Source: the human T2T-CHM13v2.0 reference genome, Homo sapiens. Taken from it: DNA of 64,000 nucleotides. Location: assembly GCF_009914755.1 (NCBI RefSeq), contig NC_060936.1, one strand, 5' to 3'. The notes under the pieces were generated by a model. It did no database searches and was not told the origin of the DNA. It saw nothing but the letters and a program-made list of their open reading frames with translations. Shown piece after piece: positions 40,793 through 54,200 of the stretch; the first letter of the stretch is position 1; every line of letters starts with the position of its first letter. A program made the translations under genes and the position numbers.

Positions 40793-43700
40793 AGAGGGTA
40801 GGTGCCAAGATGGCTGACCGAAGCAGCTACTGTGCACCGCTCTCATGGAATGGAGATAAAGTTGTGAGTAAACACTATAAATTTTCCTTAGTACTGCTCT
40901 TCGACAAGATTGTCCAGGAAGCCATGTTGGAATTCAGCAAGGAAGCAACAGTGAACCACAGAGAGCAGAGAGGAATGAGGCAGGACAGCTGCCCACCAAG
41001 GATTGGCATGGAAGCAAGGGAGTATCCCCACCATGGGGAAAGGGTGCGTGAGCAAGAGGCCCCAGTGACCACACTATTCCCATAGATCTTTGCAATTCTG
41101 GGCACAGGATTTTCCCTGTGACCCTCCCCACAACGCCCCACTCCCAGGCCTCCAAACTGACATGGACAACTGCCTAGAGTCCGGGCAGAGCTACCACTCA
41201 GGCTCACATGGATCCCCAAGGGTCTTGGATCCCTGAGCACCCCGACACCACCTGCTGTAAGTGTGTATTTCACCAATAAGGAATGCCAGGCTCTCTTGCT
41301 AACCCCCAGGATAGGGTTTGTGTCCACAGTGCTGAGGAAGGGACAGACTGCAAGCCTCACCTCTGCTTCATATCTTCAGGCAAAGCCCACTGGCCCAGGA
41401 CCCCAGAACAGCCACCCTACTCCCACCTAAGCATTTGGGCCAGTAGCAGCTCTGCATTTCTCTGGGACAGAACTCCCAGAGGTAAATGACAGACCCTTAG
41501 TTGCTGCTGCTTGCTGTCTGCTGTCTTGGCCCTCACCTCTACTTCCCTCAGGCTAGGGAGGTAGTGAAGAGCCCAAATACTGTCTCAAGCCTCCAACATG
41601 CTGTAGTAGATGCCATACAGAAAAGGAGCCAGATTATTCTTGACACTGGTCCTTGCCCCTGCTACACTGCACTCAGCAGGGCCTCCCAACCTGGGCTCCC
41701 ACCACAGCCACCTTCTCACTTCAGTTGGTGGTGGCTGTGCATTTCTGTGAGGTGGAATACCTAGAAACAACTAACGGGCTCTCTGCCATTGCCACGGCAG
41801 CATATCAACTCTTTCTGCTCTTGGGTTGGGGAACGCACAAAGACCCTGATTGCTTTGCTCACATATCCAACATGCCTCAGCCACCATACAGAGAGGAGCC
41901 CAGTCTCTCTTCCCTGTGAGCTCCTGACACCCTGCTCTTCATCAGGCAGAAACCCCCACTTGGGCCTGCAGAGTAACTATCCCACCTCCAGCTGAACATT
42001 TCCACTGACAGCCCCGTGTCTCTCTCAAGTAGAGTTCCCCCAAGCAACTGACAGCCTCTCTGCCATTGCCACTGCTACCTTCTGGCTGAGAAAGGAACAA
42101 CAAAGAGCCTGAGTGCTTTACTCACATTTCCAGCACACTACAGAAGACCTATGGAAAAGAGGCCAGACTGTCTTCCCCCAGAGCCCTCTACACACCTTTT
42201 TCTTCACCAGGCAGGGCCCACTGGCTTAGGCCTGCAACACAGCTGTCCCACCTTCAGCTAAACGTTCCCATTGGCAGCACCTCTGTGTTTCTCCAGGGCA
42301 GAGCTCCCAGAAGCAACTGACAACCCCTCTGGCACTACCACTGCCATGGTACCTGCCCTTGCTGCTCTTGGGCTGGGGAGTGAACAAAGACCCTGTTCAT
42401 TTTGCTCAGAGCTTCATCATGCAGCTTCCATACAGACAGGAGCCCAGTCTTTCTTCACTGTGAGACCCTGACTCCCTGCTCTTCTTAACCATGCAGGGCC
42501 CCCAGTTTGGGACTACAGAGCAGCCACCCCACCCGTAGGTGATGATTCCAATTGGCAGTGCTTATGCTTTTCTCTGGGGTGGAGCTCCCAGGTACAAGCG
42601 ACAGGCCTTATGCCATTGCCACTGCCAAGGTCTCTGCCCCTGCAGACCTTAAGCTAGGGAGGAAACAAAAGCCCAAGCTTGCCCCAGGGCTGCAGTGTGC
42701 AGCCTGGGAGTGCCAAGCCAAGATCTGTGGCCAGCACTTGACTGGGAGAGGAGCCTACACTGTCAGAGCACTGAGAGGATGGAGGCAAGCAGGAGGAAAT
42801 ACAGAGGAGCCATGCAACTGAGTGAGAACCTATCTAATGGCCCTTATGTTTAAGTGCCATCTACTGAACTGCAGCTGAAACTACAATAGCAAAAATACTT
42901 TGCTAATACATCCCACTGTGAAACCATGAGCAAGAATTCAGCCACAAAGACAGACCCTGCACAAAGACTGGCCCTCTGAAAACATCTAGAAATGAAGCCA
43001 ATTGACTGCTCAAATGACACCACAGTTAAAGAACATCATCCCACACAGATGAGAAAGAACCAGCATGACAACTCTGACAATTCTAAAAGCCAAAGCTTCT
43101 CATCTCCAAAAGACCACATTAGCTTTCCAGTGATGCTTCTTAAGGAGAATGAAATGACTGAAATGACAGACATAAAATTCAGAATCTAGATGGCAATGAA
43201 TATCATAGAGATTCAGGAGAAAGCTGAAACCCAATCCAAAGAATCTAAGGAATTCAGTAAAATGATTCAAGAGATGAAAGACAAAATTTCCATTTTAAGA
43301 AAGAACCAAACTGATCTAATAGAGCTGAATGACTCACTACAAGAATTTCATAACACAATATTAACAGCAGAATCAACTGAGCTGAGGAAATTATTCAGAG
43401 CTCAAAGACTGGTTCTTTGAATTAGTTCAGTGCGACAAAAATAAGGAAAAACAAAATTTTTAAAATAAGCAAAACCTCTGAGAAATGTGGGATTATGTAA
43501 ACAGACCTAACTTATGAGTCACTGGCATCCCTGAAAGACAGGAAGAGAGAGCAAGCAACTTGGGAAAGATATTTGAAAATATCGTCCACAAAAATTTTCC
43601 CAATCTTGTTAGAGAGGTCGATGTTCATATTCAGAAAATTCAGAGAACCTCTGATATACTATAAAAGATGACCATCCCCAAGACACATAGTCATCAGAAT

Positions 43701-46700
43701 CTCGAAGGTCAGTGTGGAAAAAATATATATTAAAGACAGCTACAGAGAAAGGGCAGGTCATTTGCAAAGGAAACCCTATCAGGATAACAGCTGACCTTTC
43801 AGCAGAAGCCCTACAAACCAGAAGAGATTGGGGATCTATATTCAGCATTCCTAAAGAAAATAAATTCCAACCAAGAATTTTATATCCAGACCAACTAAAC
43901 TTCAAAAGTAAAGGAGAAATAAAACTCTTTTCAGACAAGCAAATGCTAATGGAATTCATTACCAACAAACCTGCCTTACAATAGATCTTTAAGGAGTGCT
44001 AAACATGGAAACAAAAAACCATTACTGGCCACAACAATAAGTACATAGACCACTGACACTGTAAAGCAACTACACAATTTATGTAACAACCAGCTAATAA
44101 CACAATAATAGGATCAAATCTGAACATTTCCATATTAAACTAGCATGTAAGTAGGCTAAATCCCTCCAATTAAAAGACACAGAGTAGCAAGCTGGATACA
44201 GAAGCAAGACCAAACTATATGCTGTCTTCAAGAGAACCATCTGACATGAATGACATCCATAGGCTAAAAGTAAAAAGATCGAGAAAGATCTATCAAGCAA
44301 ATGGAAAACAAAAAAGAGCAGGGATAGATATTGTTACTTCAGGCAAAACAGACTTTAAACCAACAATGATAAAAAATAATGAAGTAGAGGATCACATAAT
44401 AATACAGAGTTCAATTCAACCAGAAGGCTTAACTATCCTAACTATATATGCACCCCACACTGGAACACCCAGATTCATAAATTCTTAGAGGTCTACAAAA
44501 AGACTTAGAAAACCACACAAAAATAGCAGGAAACTATCGCAAAGCAAATCCACAGTGATCAAGTAGACTATATTCCTGGGATGCAATGTTGATTCAACAT
44601 AGGAAAATCAATAAATGTGATTTATCACAAAAACAGAACTAAAAACAAAAACCACATGATCTTCTCAATAGATGCAGAAAAGGCTTTTGATAAAACTCAA
44701 CATCCCTTCATGTTAAAAACCCTCAACAAACTAGGCATCAAAGGAACACACCTCAAAATAATAAGAGCCATCTATGATGAATCCACAGCCAACATTATAC
44801 TGAATAGCAAAAACTGGAAGCTTGAGAACTGGAACAAGACAAGGATGCCTACTCTCACCACTCCTATTCAACATCGTACTAGAAGTCCTAGCCAGAGTAA
44901 TCAGGCAAGAGAAAGAAATAAAAGACATCCAAATAGGAGAGGAAGTCAAACTATCTCTCTTCATAGATGTTATGATCCTATACCAAGAAAACCCCATTGT
45001 GTCTGCTCTAAGGCGTCTAGATCTGATAAACAACTTCATAAAAGTTTCAGAATAAAAAAATCAATGTATAAAAATTAGTAGCATTTCTGTACACAATAAC
45101 ATCCAAGCTGGGAGTCAAATTAAGAACACAATCACATTCACAATAGCCACAAAAATAATAAAATACCTGGGCATACAGCTAACCAGGGAGGTGAAAGATC
45201 TCTACAATGAGAATTACAAAACACTGCTGAAAGAAATCAGACACAACACAAGCAAATGGAAAAACATTCCATGCTCATGGGTAGGAAGAATTAACATTGG
45301 TAAAATGGCCATACTACCCACAACAGATTCATTGCTATTTCTATGAAACTACCAATGACATTTTTTTTCACAGAATAAGAAGATACCATTCTAAAATTCA
45401 TATGAAACCAAAAAAGAACCTAGGTATTCAAAACAATCCTAAGCAAAAAGAACAAAGTCAGAGGCATCACACTACCCAACTTCAAACCATACCACAAGGC
45501 TAAAGTAACCAAAACAGCATGGTACTGTTACAAAAACAGACACATAGACCAATGGAACAGGTTAGAGAATTCAGAAATAAAGTTGCACATCTATAATTAC
45601 CTGATTTTCAACAAAGCTGACAATCATAAGCAATTGGGAAGGGAATACCTACTCAATAAATGGTGCTGGGATAGAGGACTAGCCATATGCTGAAGATTGA
45701 AACTGTACTCCTTCCTTTCACCATATACAAAAGTCAACTCAAGATGATTAAAAGACCTAAAACTTTAAAAACCTAAAACTAACTTTAAGAACCCTAGAAG
45801 AAAACCTATGAAATACCATTCTGGACATCAGCGCTACAAAAATTTCATGAAGAAAACACCAAAAGCAATTGTTAACAAAAAGAAAAATTGACAAGTGGGA
45901 CTTAATTAAACTAAAGAGCTTCAGCACAGCAAAATAAAGTATCAATAGAGAAAAAAGAAGACCCACAAAATGGGAGAAAATATTTGCAAACTACGCATCC
46001 AACAAAGGTCTAATATTCAGATTCTGTGAGGAACTTAAACTAATAAACAAAACACAAACAACCACATTAAAAATGAGCAAAGGACATGAACAGACACTTC
46101 TCAAGAGAAGACATACACACACCCAACAAGCATATGAAAAAATGCTCAACATCACTAATCATTAGAGAAATGCAAATCAAAACCACAATGAGATACCATC
46201 TCACACTAATCAGAATGGCGATCATGAAAAAATAAAAATGTAGCAGATGTTGGTGAGGTTGTGGAGAAAAGGATATGTTCATACACTGCTGGTGGGAAAG
46301 TAAATTAGTTTAGCCACTGTGGAAAGCTGTTTGGAGATCTCTCAAAGGACTTAAAACAGAACTACCATTCGACCCAGCATTATATTATATACCCAAAGGA
46401 ATATAAATCATTCTACCATAAAGATACCCACGTGGACAAGTTTGCTGCAGCATTATTAGCAATAGCAAAGACATGTAATCAAACTAGATGCCCATCAATG
46501 GTAGACTGGATAAGGAAAATGTACGACATATACACCATGGAATATTATATCATAAAAATGAATGAAATCATGTCATTTGCAGCAACATGGATAGAGCTGG
46601 AGGCCATTATCCTAAGTGAATTCATGCAAGAATAGAAAACCAAATAAACACTGAGTGAAGATAGACACAAAAAACAGAACAATAGATACTGAGTCCTTCT

Positions 46701-46876
46701 TGAGGTTGGAGGGTGGGAGAAGGGTGAGGATTGAAAAATTACCTATCAGATACTATGTTCCCTACATGGGTGACAAAATAATCGGTACACCAAACCCCTG
46801 TGATATAAAATTCACCCATGTAACAAACCTGTAGGTATAGTCCCTGAACCTAAAATAAAAGTTGGAAAGAAAAAAT
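40793..46876 (+). mobile_element. Near full-length L1PA15/16-type LINE, opposite in orientation to its host, with an ORF2 internal deletion
   Basis: 5' CCAAGATGGCTGACCGAAGCAGCT; ORF1 remnants (GNPIRITADLSAEALQTRRDWGSIF); RT remnants ([23 protein letters not shown]); 3' ...CCTGAACCTAAAATAAAAGTTGG; degenerate TSD aaa..ttttttcc. Confidence 0.85.
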
Positions 46877-49800
46877 AGTTTTTTCCCTTCAGCACTTTAA
46901 ATATGTCATGCTACTTCCTCCATGCCTATAAGGTTTCCACTGAAACGTCTACTGTCAGATGTATTGGAGATCCGTTGCACGTTTTTTGTTTCTTTTCTCT
47001 TGCTGCTTTTAGCCTCCTTCCTTTATCCTTGACCTTTTTTGATTATTAAATGTCTTCAGGTAGTCCTATTTGGGTTAAATCTGCTTAATGTTCTATAATC
47101 TTCTTGTACTTGAACATTGATATTGTTCTTTAGGTTCAGCAAGTTCTGTTATTATGCCTTTGAAAAACTTTCTACCCCCATCTCTCTCTCTACCTTCTCT
47201 TTAAGGTCAACAACTCTTAGGTCTGCTCTTTTAAGGTTATTTTCTAGATCTTGTAGGCATGCTTCATTCTTTTTTACTCTTCTGTCTCCTTTGTGTATTT
47301 TCAAATAGCCTGTCTTCAAGCTCACTAATTCTTTCTTCTGCTTCGTCAATTATCTTATGACTGTAATACATTCTTCAGTATGTCTATTGCACTTTTCAGC
47401 TTCAGAATTTCTGCTCAATTCTTTTTAATTGTTTTAAATTTTGATAAATTCATCCAATAGAATTCTGAATTCCTTCTCTATGTTATCTTGAATTATGTTG
47501 ATTTTCCTCAAAGCAGGTATTCTGAATTCCCTGTCTGAAAGGTCACATATCTCTGTCTCTGCAGCATTGGTTCCTGGTGTCTTATTTAGTTCATTTGGTG
47601 AGGTCGTGTTTTTCTAGATGATCTTGATACTTGACCATCTAGTTCATTGGTGTCTGGGCATTGAAGAGTTAGTGTTTTATATAGTTCTCACCATCTGGGC
47701 TTGTTTGTAGTAGTACTTTTTGGAAAGGATTTCCAGGTATTCTAATAAATTTGGATATTGTAATCCAAGTTTTTGATCACTGCGGCTGCATTTGCAACAG
47801 GGGAAACTCCAAACCAAGTAATACTGTGGCTCTTGCAAGCTTACAGAGGTACCACCTTGGTGGTGTTGGATAAGGTCCAGAAGAATTATCTGGATTACCA
47901 GGCAGAGACTCTTGTTTTTAATCCTTACTTCCTCCCAGATGAATAGAGTCTCTCACTCTGTGCTGAGCTGTCTGGAGCTGGGGGAGCAGAGCAGTGACAC
48001 AAGCACCCCTGTGGTCACCACCACTAGGACTTCACTGGGTCAGATCTGAAGCCAGCACAGCACTGGATGTAGCCCAAGACCTGTGGCAACTACTGCCTGG
48101 CTACTGCCTATGTTCACTCAAGGCCCTAGGGCTCTACAATCAGTAGGTGGCAAAGCCAGCCAGGGTGACACATTCTCCCCAGCCTTAGGCTGGTCCAGAG
48201 ATGGAAGCCCATACTGCAAGTAGGGTATTAAACACCTAACTCTTCAACATCCAGGTGCCAGAGCCTGGAGTTGGAAACCTTAGGAAACTACCTGGTGCTC
48301 TCTTTTACTGTGGCTGAGCTGGCACCCAAGCCACAAGACAGAGTTCTTCCCATTCTTCCCTCCCCTTTCCACAAACAGAGGGGTCTCTCACCCTGGCTAC
48401 CACTGCCCCAGACCCACAGGGAGTACTGCCAGGCTATCACTGATCTTCACTCAAGGGCTAGGGGCTCTTCGGGCAGCTTGTTGTGAATGCTGCAAGGTCT
48501 GGGACTCTCTCTTCAGAGGAGTGGGCCCCCTCTGGCCCAGGGCAGTCCAGAAATGCCATCCAAGAGCCAAGGCCTGGAATTGGGAACCCAAGAGCCTGCC
48601 TGCTATTTTACCCCACTGCGGCCAACCTCATACCCAAGCTCCAAGACTAAGTCCCCTTTATTCTTCCCCCTCTGTTTCTCAAGCAGAAGGAGTCTCTCCT
48701 CATAGCCACCACAGCTAGGAATATGCTGGGTCACACCTGAAGCCAAGGCCCATGGAATATACTACCTGGTTACTGTTGCTGATCATTCAGGGCCCAAAGG
48801 TTCTTTCCATGACTGGGTCCTTCACTTCAAGGTAGTGGGGTCTCTTCTGTCCCAGGATGTGTCTAGAAATGTTGTCTGGAAGCTAGAGCCTGGAATAGGG
48901 ACCTCAGGACTCTGCCCAGCACCCTATTCTACTGTAGCTGAGCTGATATTCAAGTTGCAAGACAAAGCCCTCTTTATTCCTCCCTCTCCTTTCCTCAAAC
49001 AGAGGGAAGGAGTCTCTCCTGGAGCTGTGAGCTGTGCTGCCAGAGGTTGGAAGAGGGGTGAGACAAGCACTCCCTTGGCAACCCTTGCTGGGGATTCACT
49101 AGGTCATGTGCCCCGCAAGTCCACTGGCTCTGAGCCCAGCATAGCGTCAGGACTTGCCTGGGAATTGCAGTCTTTGTGGCCTAGACTGCCTTTTGAGTTT
49201 CTTTAGTACCCAAGAGCTGTTTAGCCCATGTTGGTGAGACTTGCAAGAACTAAACTTTTGAACACTAGGATGGGCAGTTCTCCTCTGGCTAGGCCTGGTC
49301 TAAATGCTCCCTCTGTGGGTGCTGACTGAGTTCTGCCTGGTGTTGCTTTCCACTATGGCAGGGCAGGACAATGCCAAGTCCCACAATCCCTTTGCTGTCC
49401 CTTACCGAAGCACACAGATTCTCTGTCCATGCCATGCGTCCACTGCTGCTGGAGTGTTGGGGTGATGGGGGAGGAGTTGCATCAGCAATTCAAGACTGTC
49501 TTTTCTACCTTCTTAGGTGTCCCTTTCAGTGATATAAAACTAAAATAGCGTACTGTGATGGCTTACCTGATTTTTGGTTCTTATGAAGATGCTTTTTTGT
49601 GTGGATAGTCACACAATTTGGTGTTCCTGTGGGGAGAATGATAGGTGAAGGCTTCTATTCAGCCATCCTGTTCCCCTGTTCTGAAAGGTTTTGTAGAGGA
49701 GCAATAGGGTATGTGATACTTTGTAAAGATCTCTTTGTCTGGGGCTGTAATATAAAGTTCCATTTTTTTATGTTCTGATGCCTTTTATACGTGTGACTGT

Positions 49801-49989
49801 GACATTTAGTTAGATCATTCTGGTGGCAGTGAAGAAAAAGTATTTGAGGGAGATTAAACTAAAAGCATGAATACCAGCTGGGACAATACTGAAGTAAAGC
49901 AATGATATAGTAATAGGGAGGAAGAAAATGATTTAAATTCAGATGGATTTTTCATTATGTACATTTGTTTATATTATATACATACTAAA

Positions 49990-50037
49990 TGTGTGTGTTT
50001 GTGTGTGTATATGTGTGTGTGTGTCTGTGTGTGTGTA
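49990..50037. repeat. Imperfect (TG)n microsatellite
   Basis: Read directly. Confidence 0.85.
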
Positions 50038-50558
50038 TAATTGTTAAGACTTGGTGGTTGTGGAGTGCCTGTGAGAGAGTGGTGAGAGTATGGCATGACC
50101 CCAGGATTTTGGTTTGACTGTGTGGGCAGATGGTGCTAAACCCTGAAATATAGAACACAAAAGGAGGGAACGAGTTGAGGGAATAAGCATGATCTCAGTT
50201 TCAAATATGTTGCCCTTGATACATCCATGGAATATTCCAGTAGCAATGTTGGTCACACCAGTTTCAGATCCCAGGGAGGTCAGTCCAGAACCAAGAATTT
50301 GAGAGTCATCAGCAGAAGAGGTGGAAGCTAAACTCTAAGGGCAGCATATGTCATCAAGGAACTTGACACTGGGGATGAGAAACTAAAAAAACTAAGTACT
50401 GAGAAACAAAGGATCAGAAGGATAAGAACCATGGTAGTCAAAGGAGGAGAGAATCTCAAGAAGAGATGAGTGATCAGCAGGGCCAGATGCATTGAGATGA
50501 TCAAATAAAGTAGGACCTGATTTATCTTTTATGTGTAGCAAAATAGAGTCGGGGTGAC

Positions 50559-50880
50559 TGTATTAGTCTGGGTTCTCCAGAAAAAAGAACCAGTAAGAAA
50601 TTAGATGTAGATGGACATGTATTTCAAGAAATTAGCTCGTGTGGTTATGGAGGCTGAGTCCCAAGATCTGCAGTTGACAAACTGTGGACCCAGACTACAG
50701 TTCCAGTATGAGTCTGAGTCCAAAGTTAGGAGAAGACTAGTGCCCCAGCTCCAAGACAGGTAGAGAGAGTAAGTTCTCCCTCACTCATCCTCAGTCCCTC
50801 AACAGATTGGATGAGCCCTACCCACAATCTTTACTCAGCCCCCCTCATCCAGAAAGATTCCCACAGACACACTCTGGGTA
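50559..50880. mobile_element. MLT2-type ERVL LTR fragment
   Basis: TGTATTAGTCTGGGTTCTCCAG...GGTTATGGAGGCTGAGTCCCAAGATCTGCAG. Confidence 0.75.
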
Positions 50881-51833
50881 CTCCAGAGGGAAGAGCAAGA
50901 AATAAATGAAACTGTGGGTGTTGACTAATGTTCAAAAAATTTGTCAGAGGGCTGAAGGTGGTCACAAGGTCAGAGAGTGTATCAGCCTTTTTTTTAGGAT
51001 GGGAAGGTACGCATTTTATAAGTTACAGGTTTATGAGTTAATCAATCAAACTTTCCTGAGTTGGGGGGAGACCAGATTGGAAGAAATAGAGCTCAGGAAA
51101 GGAGGTTGGAGAGAGGTAGGGCAGAAGTGAGGATGAGGAAGAATCAGAGGATGAGGCTACATATGGGAATGGAAAGTTAAGATTTCCAAAGTGGGGCTCT
51201 TTTGGGTAAAGACAAAGCCCAAGATGCAGACTTGCAAGGGGTGGCTGAAGAGGAATGGAGGTTAAGGCTACTGGAGTGGAGAAAGTCAAGGAAGCGAAAG
51301 GCTCCGGGGCTGGGTAGGTTGTTCCTGTGGATCTTTTCTTCCCGCTGCAAGTTTCTGACCATTCTTCAGGGCCAGTATCAAAGGCCATCTTTGTAATAAC
51401 TTACTGAGCCTCTCCTCCCCCTCAAGTCACTAGGGCATCCTCTTACCCAAATAAAGTATTAACATATTTACATGGCTAGTTTAACTTCTTTATCAGAATA
51501 TATTAGTTCTTCATGAGTCTGAGTAATGGAGACTGTCTTATCACCCAGAATACCTCTAGAGAAATAGTTCTTTATCTTTAGTATACAAAAGGACTTCCAG
51601 GTAGCTTGCTAAAAGAGCCAATTTGCCAGATTCTGATTTGGTGGGTCTGGGATAAAGCTTCAGAATCTGAATATTAACAAACATCTCAGTTATCTCTAAT
51701 GGGAGTATCAGGGGAGAACGTCATTAAGTCCTCACGATGCTCTATGGTTGAACCAAATTGTATGGAGAAGAATTAATGGAATAGAATCAAGTAGTCCTGA
51801 ATGAATCAAGTTGCAAATGTTCGCAGTCCCAGC

Positions 51834-51864
51834 TGCAGTTTGCGAAATAACCGGCAGGTGGCGA
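51834..51864 (+). promoter_or_regulatory. Candidate CTCF site with upstream motif
   Basis: Core CCGGCAGGTGGCGA 51851-51864; TGCAGT starts 17 bp before the core; local CpG retention. Confidence 0.65.
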
Positions 51865-53139
51865 ACGACCCACACAACTCGCAGAAATTACAGCTTCTCG
51901 GGGTCCCAATTCCTAGACCCAAAACTGCCCAGGAGTAGAGGAGAATCCTATTTCCCAAGCAATGCTGTCGGCGACAATGGTGAGTTTCATCCGTTTGCAT
52001 GTGCATCCTGAGGTGCCAATGGCCGATCTCTTGCCCTAGTCCCCAGGGCTAAAGTCATGCTGACCCAATGACATTGCCTTCTGGCTACCAAGAGCCATAA
52101 TCCTGGCACCAGCAAGGACTGGTCTCACTGATGACATCATTTGCCTAATGAAGGTTCTTATGGCAGGAGGGCAGTGGGAGAAGAACAGCAAACCAAGTTC
52201 GTCTATTCAAAGAGAGGAATGGTTGCCACTAGAGGATCATGTGGTCCACGCCTGTATTCTCTATTTAGTCAGAATCAGAGGGGAGGCATCTTACTCAACC
52301 CTCTCATTTTATAGAGCCTGAGAGACGATGAGCAACTTGCCAGAGGTCACAGAGGTAGAAAGTTTCAGGATTTTCTGGGATCTGTCTCTTTAAGTGACTT
52401 GCCTTTTCATTGCACCTAACAGTAACGTGTCAAAGGGTGTGTGTATGTTGAAATCATTAGTGTCTGCTCATGAATTGTTATATAGGAGAAGCTTAGGGGT
52501 GACCATCTGGTTGGGGAAGAGGGGCTGGATGACATTAGGATGTGTTTGCATAACAAGTCCACCACTTTTACCTAGATTGTGTATTTATTTGGGGTGGGAG
52601 ATGCAGGAAGGTGGGAGTCCAAAGAGAAGGGACCATGGGGAAGAAGATTCTCCATGGTTGCCCCCACCGCATGTTTTAATGGACTTTCTTATACATCTGC
52701 TTTAATGTCTACTAAGTCACAAATGTATTGAAGGCACTCATTGTGTCTTATTCCCCTCTGATTAGGTTTCATAGTTATTTGATGAATCAATGAGCATGTC
52801 AGCCTTGATCATTTTTAGATCTGAACAGTATTTTCTAACATCTTAGATGATTAGCATATACCTCCTGTTATCTATTTCTGTCTGTTTGTACTTATTTAAC
52901 ACATATCCAGTGTTTACTATGTGCACTGTTGTCAGCATTTTAAAAATATCAACTTACTTAATCTTGTCTTTGTTGCTGTTTCCTAAAGAGTCCATGAGAG
53001 TGAATATCTACTATTAGAAATCCTTCTCTTCCTCTCTCTTCCTCTTCCTCTCAAAAGGCCTGAAAATCAGTTACTGGTCCCTGCCCGTGCTGCAAATACT
53101 TGGCCTAGGGAAGAGTGGTGGGGAGGGATGAAATAGTTA

Positions 53140-54200
53140 ACTAGCTGACCTGGGGCGCACAGTTTCCCTGGCAGATGCCGCGCTCAGGCTGCGGCTGCTT
53201 CCTCCTGAATCTGTTAGGAGTACACTTTCCCTTTGCCCTCGGGGCCAGCGTCCAGGTTTGCCACGGTGGTGGAGACAGCTCCAGCCACGAAGCTGATTTA
53301 TAGGCCAGAGCATTCCCAGGCCGCACCGCAAGGAGTCGGGCTGAGCTTGGACTTTGGGAAGGTGGTGATGGACACAGGACACGTGGCCACACAATGGGGA
53401 CACACGACTGACCTCAGTCACTTCGGTAAACTGCCCTTGCTTTCCGGAGGCGGCAGGAACGTTTCAGGAGCTCCAAGGCTCTAGGCGCCTGCATTCCTCG
53501 CCCCAGCCGGTAGTCTCCTAGCCCTGTTGAACGCAAGAGCATCCAAGGGCGCGCAAGTCCCCAAGAGCTCTCAGAGGTTCCTGACCCTGAGCGTTAAAGC
53601 CCTTCCTCGCGGATGAGACCCTTGGTGCGTTCCACCCGCTTGGGGGCTGAGACTCGCCAGGACGCACTCAGAATGAACTTTCCGCGCAGGTCAGATATAG
53701 GCACCCAGGGGTTTTGTGACGTCACAATGCCGTCTGACCCGGTGAAAGGCAAAGGAAGGGTCAAAAACGGATAGTGTGTGTGTTGTGGCTGAAGTGGGGG
53801 CATGTGAGAAGAGGGAAGTCCGAGGAATGGGGGAAGGGATTTGGGGACATGAATTTGAGAAGGAGCAATCAAGTTTGTGCGTGGGGGGGGAAGCAGGATT
53901 TTTTCTTCTTCCCTCCTATATGCAAACTGTCACTTCGGGTTAGCGTGAGCCCTTATCTGGCTCATTAGCATGAGCTGTGGCTAACACGCTTAAACCCTCT
54001 AATTATTTATTATGCCGTCACGGGGCGGATTGCAACCCCACCCCGGGGCGCACTTTCGGGAACCTGCAGAGCTGGGCACCGCACGGGGGCCGGAGCACAG
54101 AGCCTGGCCCCGCTGCGCGCTACCAGGGAGACTCCTTACGGCTCAGGAGTCCCACAGGGTACTGTTCTGAGGGTCAACGAAGCAGAGTTGTTGGGGGTCT
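53140..54200. promoter_or_regulatory. CpG-rich promoter/enhancer-like block
   Basis: High CpG density; palindromic CRE TTGTGACGTCACAA 53714-53727; POU-like ATTAGCAT near 53964. Confidence 0.65.

Larger units (their letters stand above)
35620..49680 (-). mobile_element. Full-length degenerate L1MA-type LINE (~7.6 kb of its own sequence) carrying two nested insertions
   Basis: 3' end near 35625; antisense ORF2 remnant ([31 protein letters not shown]); 5' UTR ends at 49680; perfect TSD CTGAAAGGTTTT at 35608-35619 and 49681-49692. Confidence 0.88.

Noticed and set aside
36044-47349. Many ORFs with L1 ORF1/ORF2 similarity as an active retrotransposon
   Set aside because: Fragmented by stops, frameshifts and an ORF2 deletion; these are old inactive copies
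52226-52237. Second CTCF-like motif CCACTAGAGGAT (also CCAGTAGAGGCAG near 58194)
   Set aside because: Lacks the conserved GGC end of the core; too weak without ChIP data
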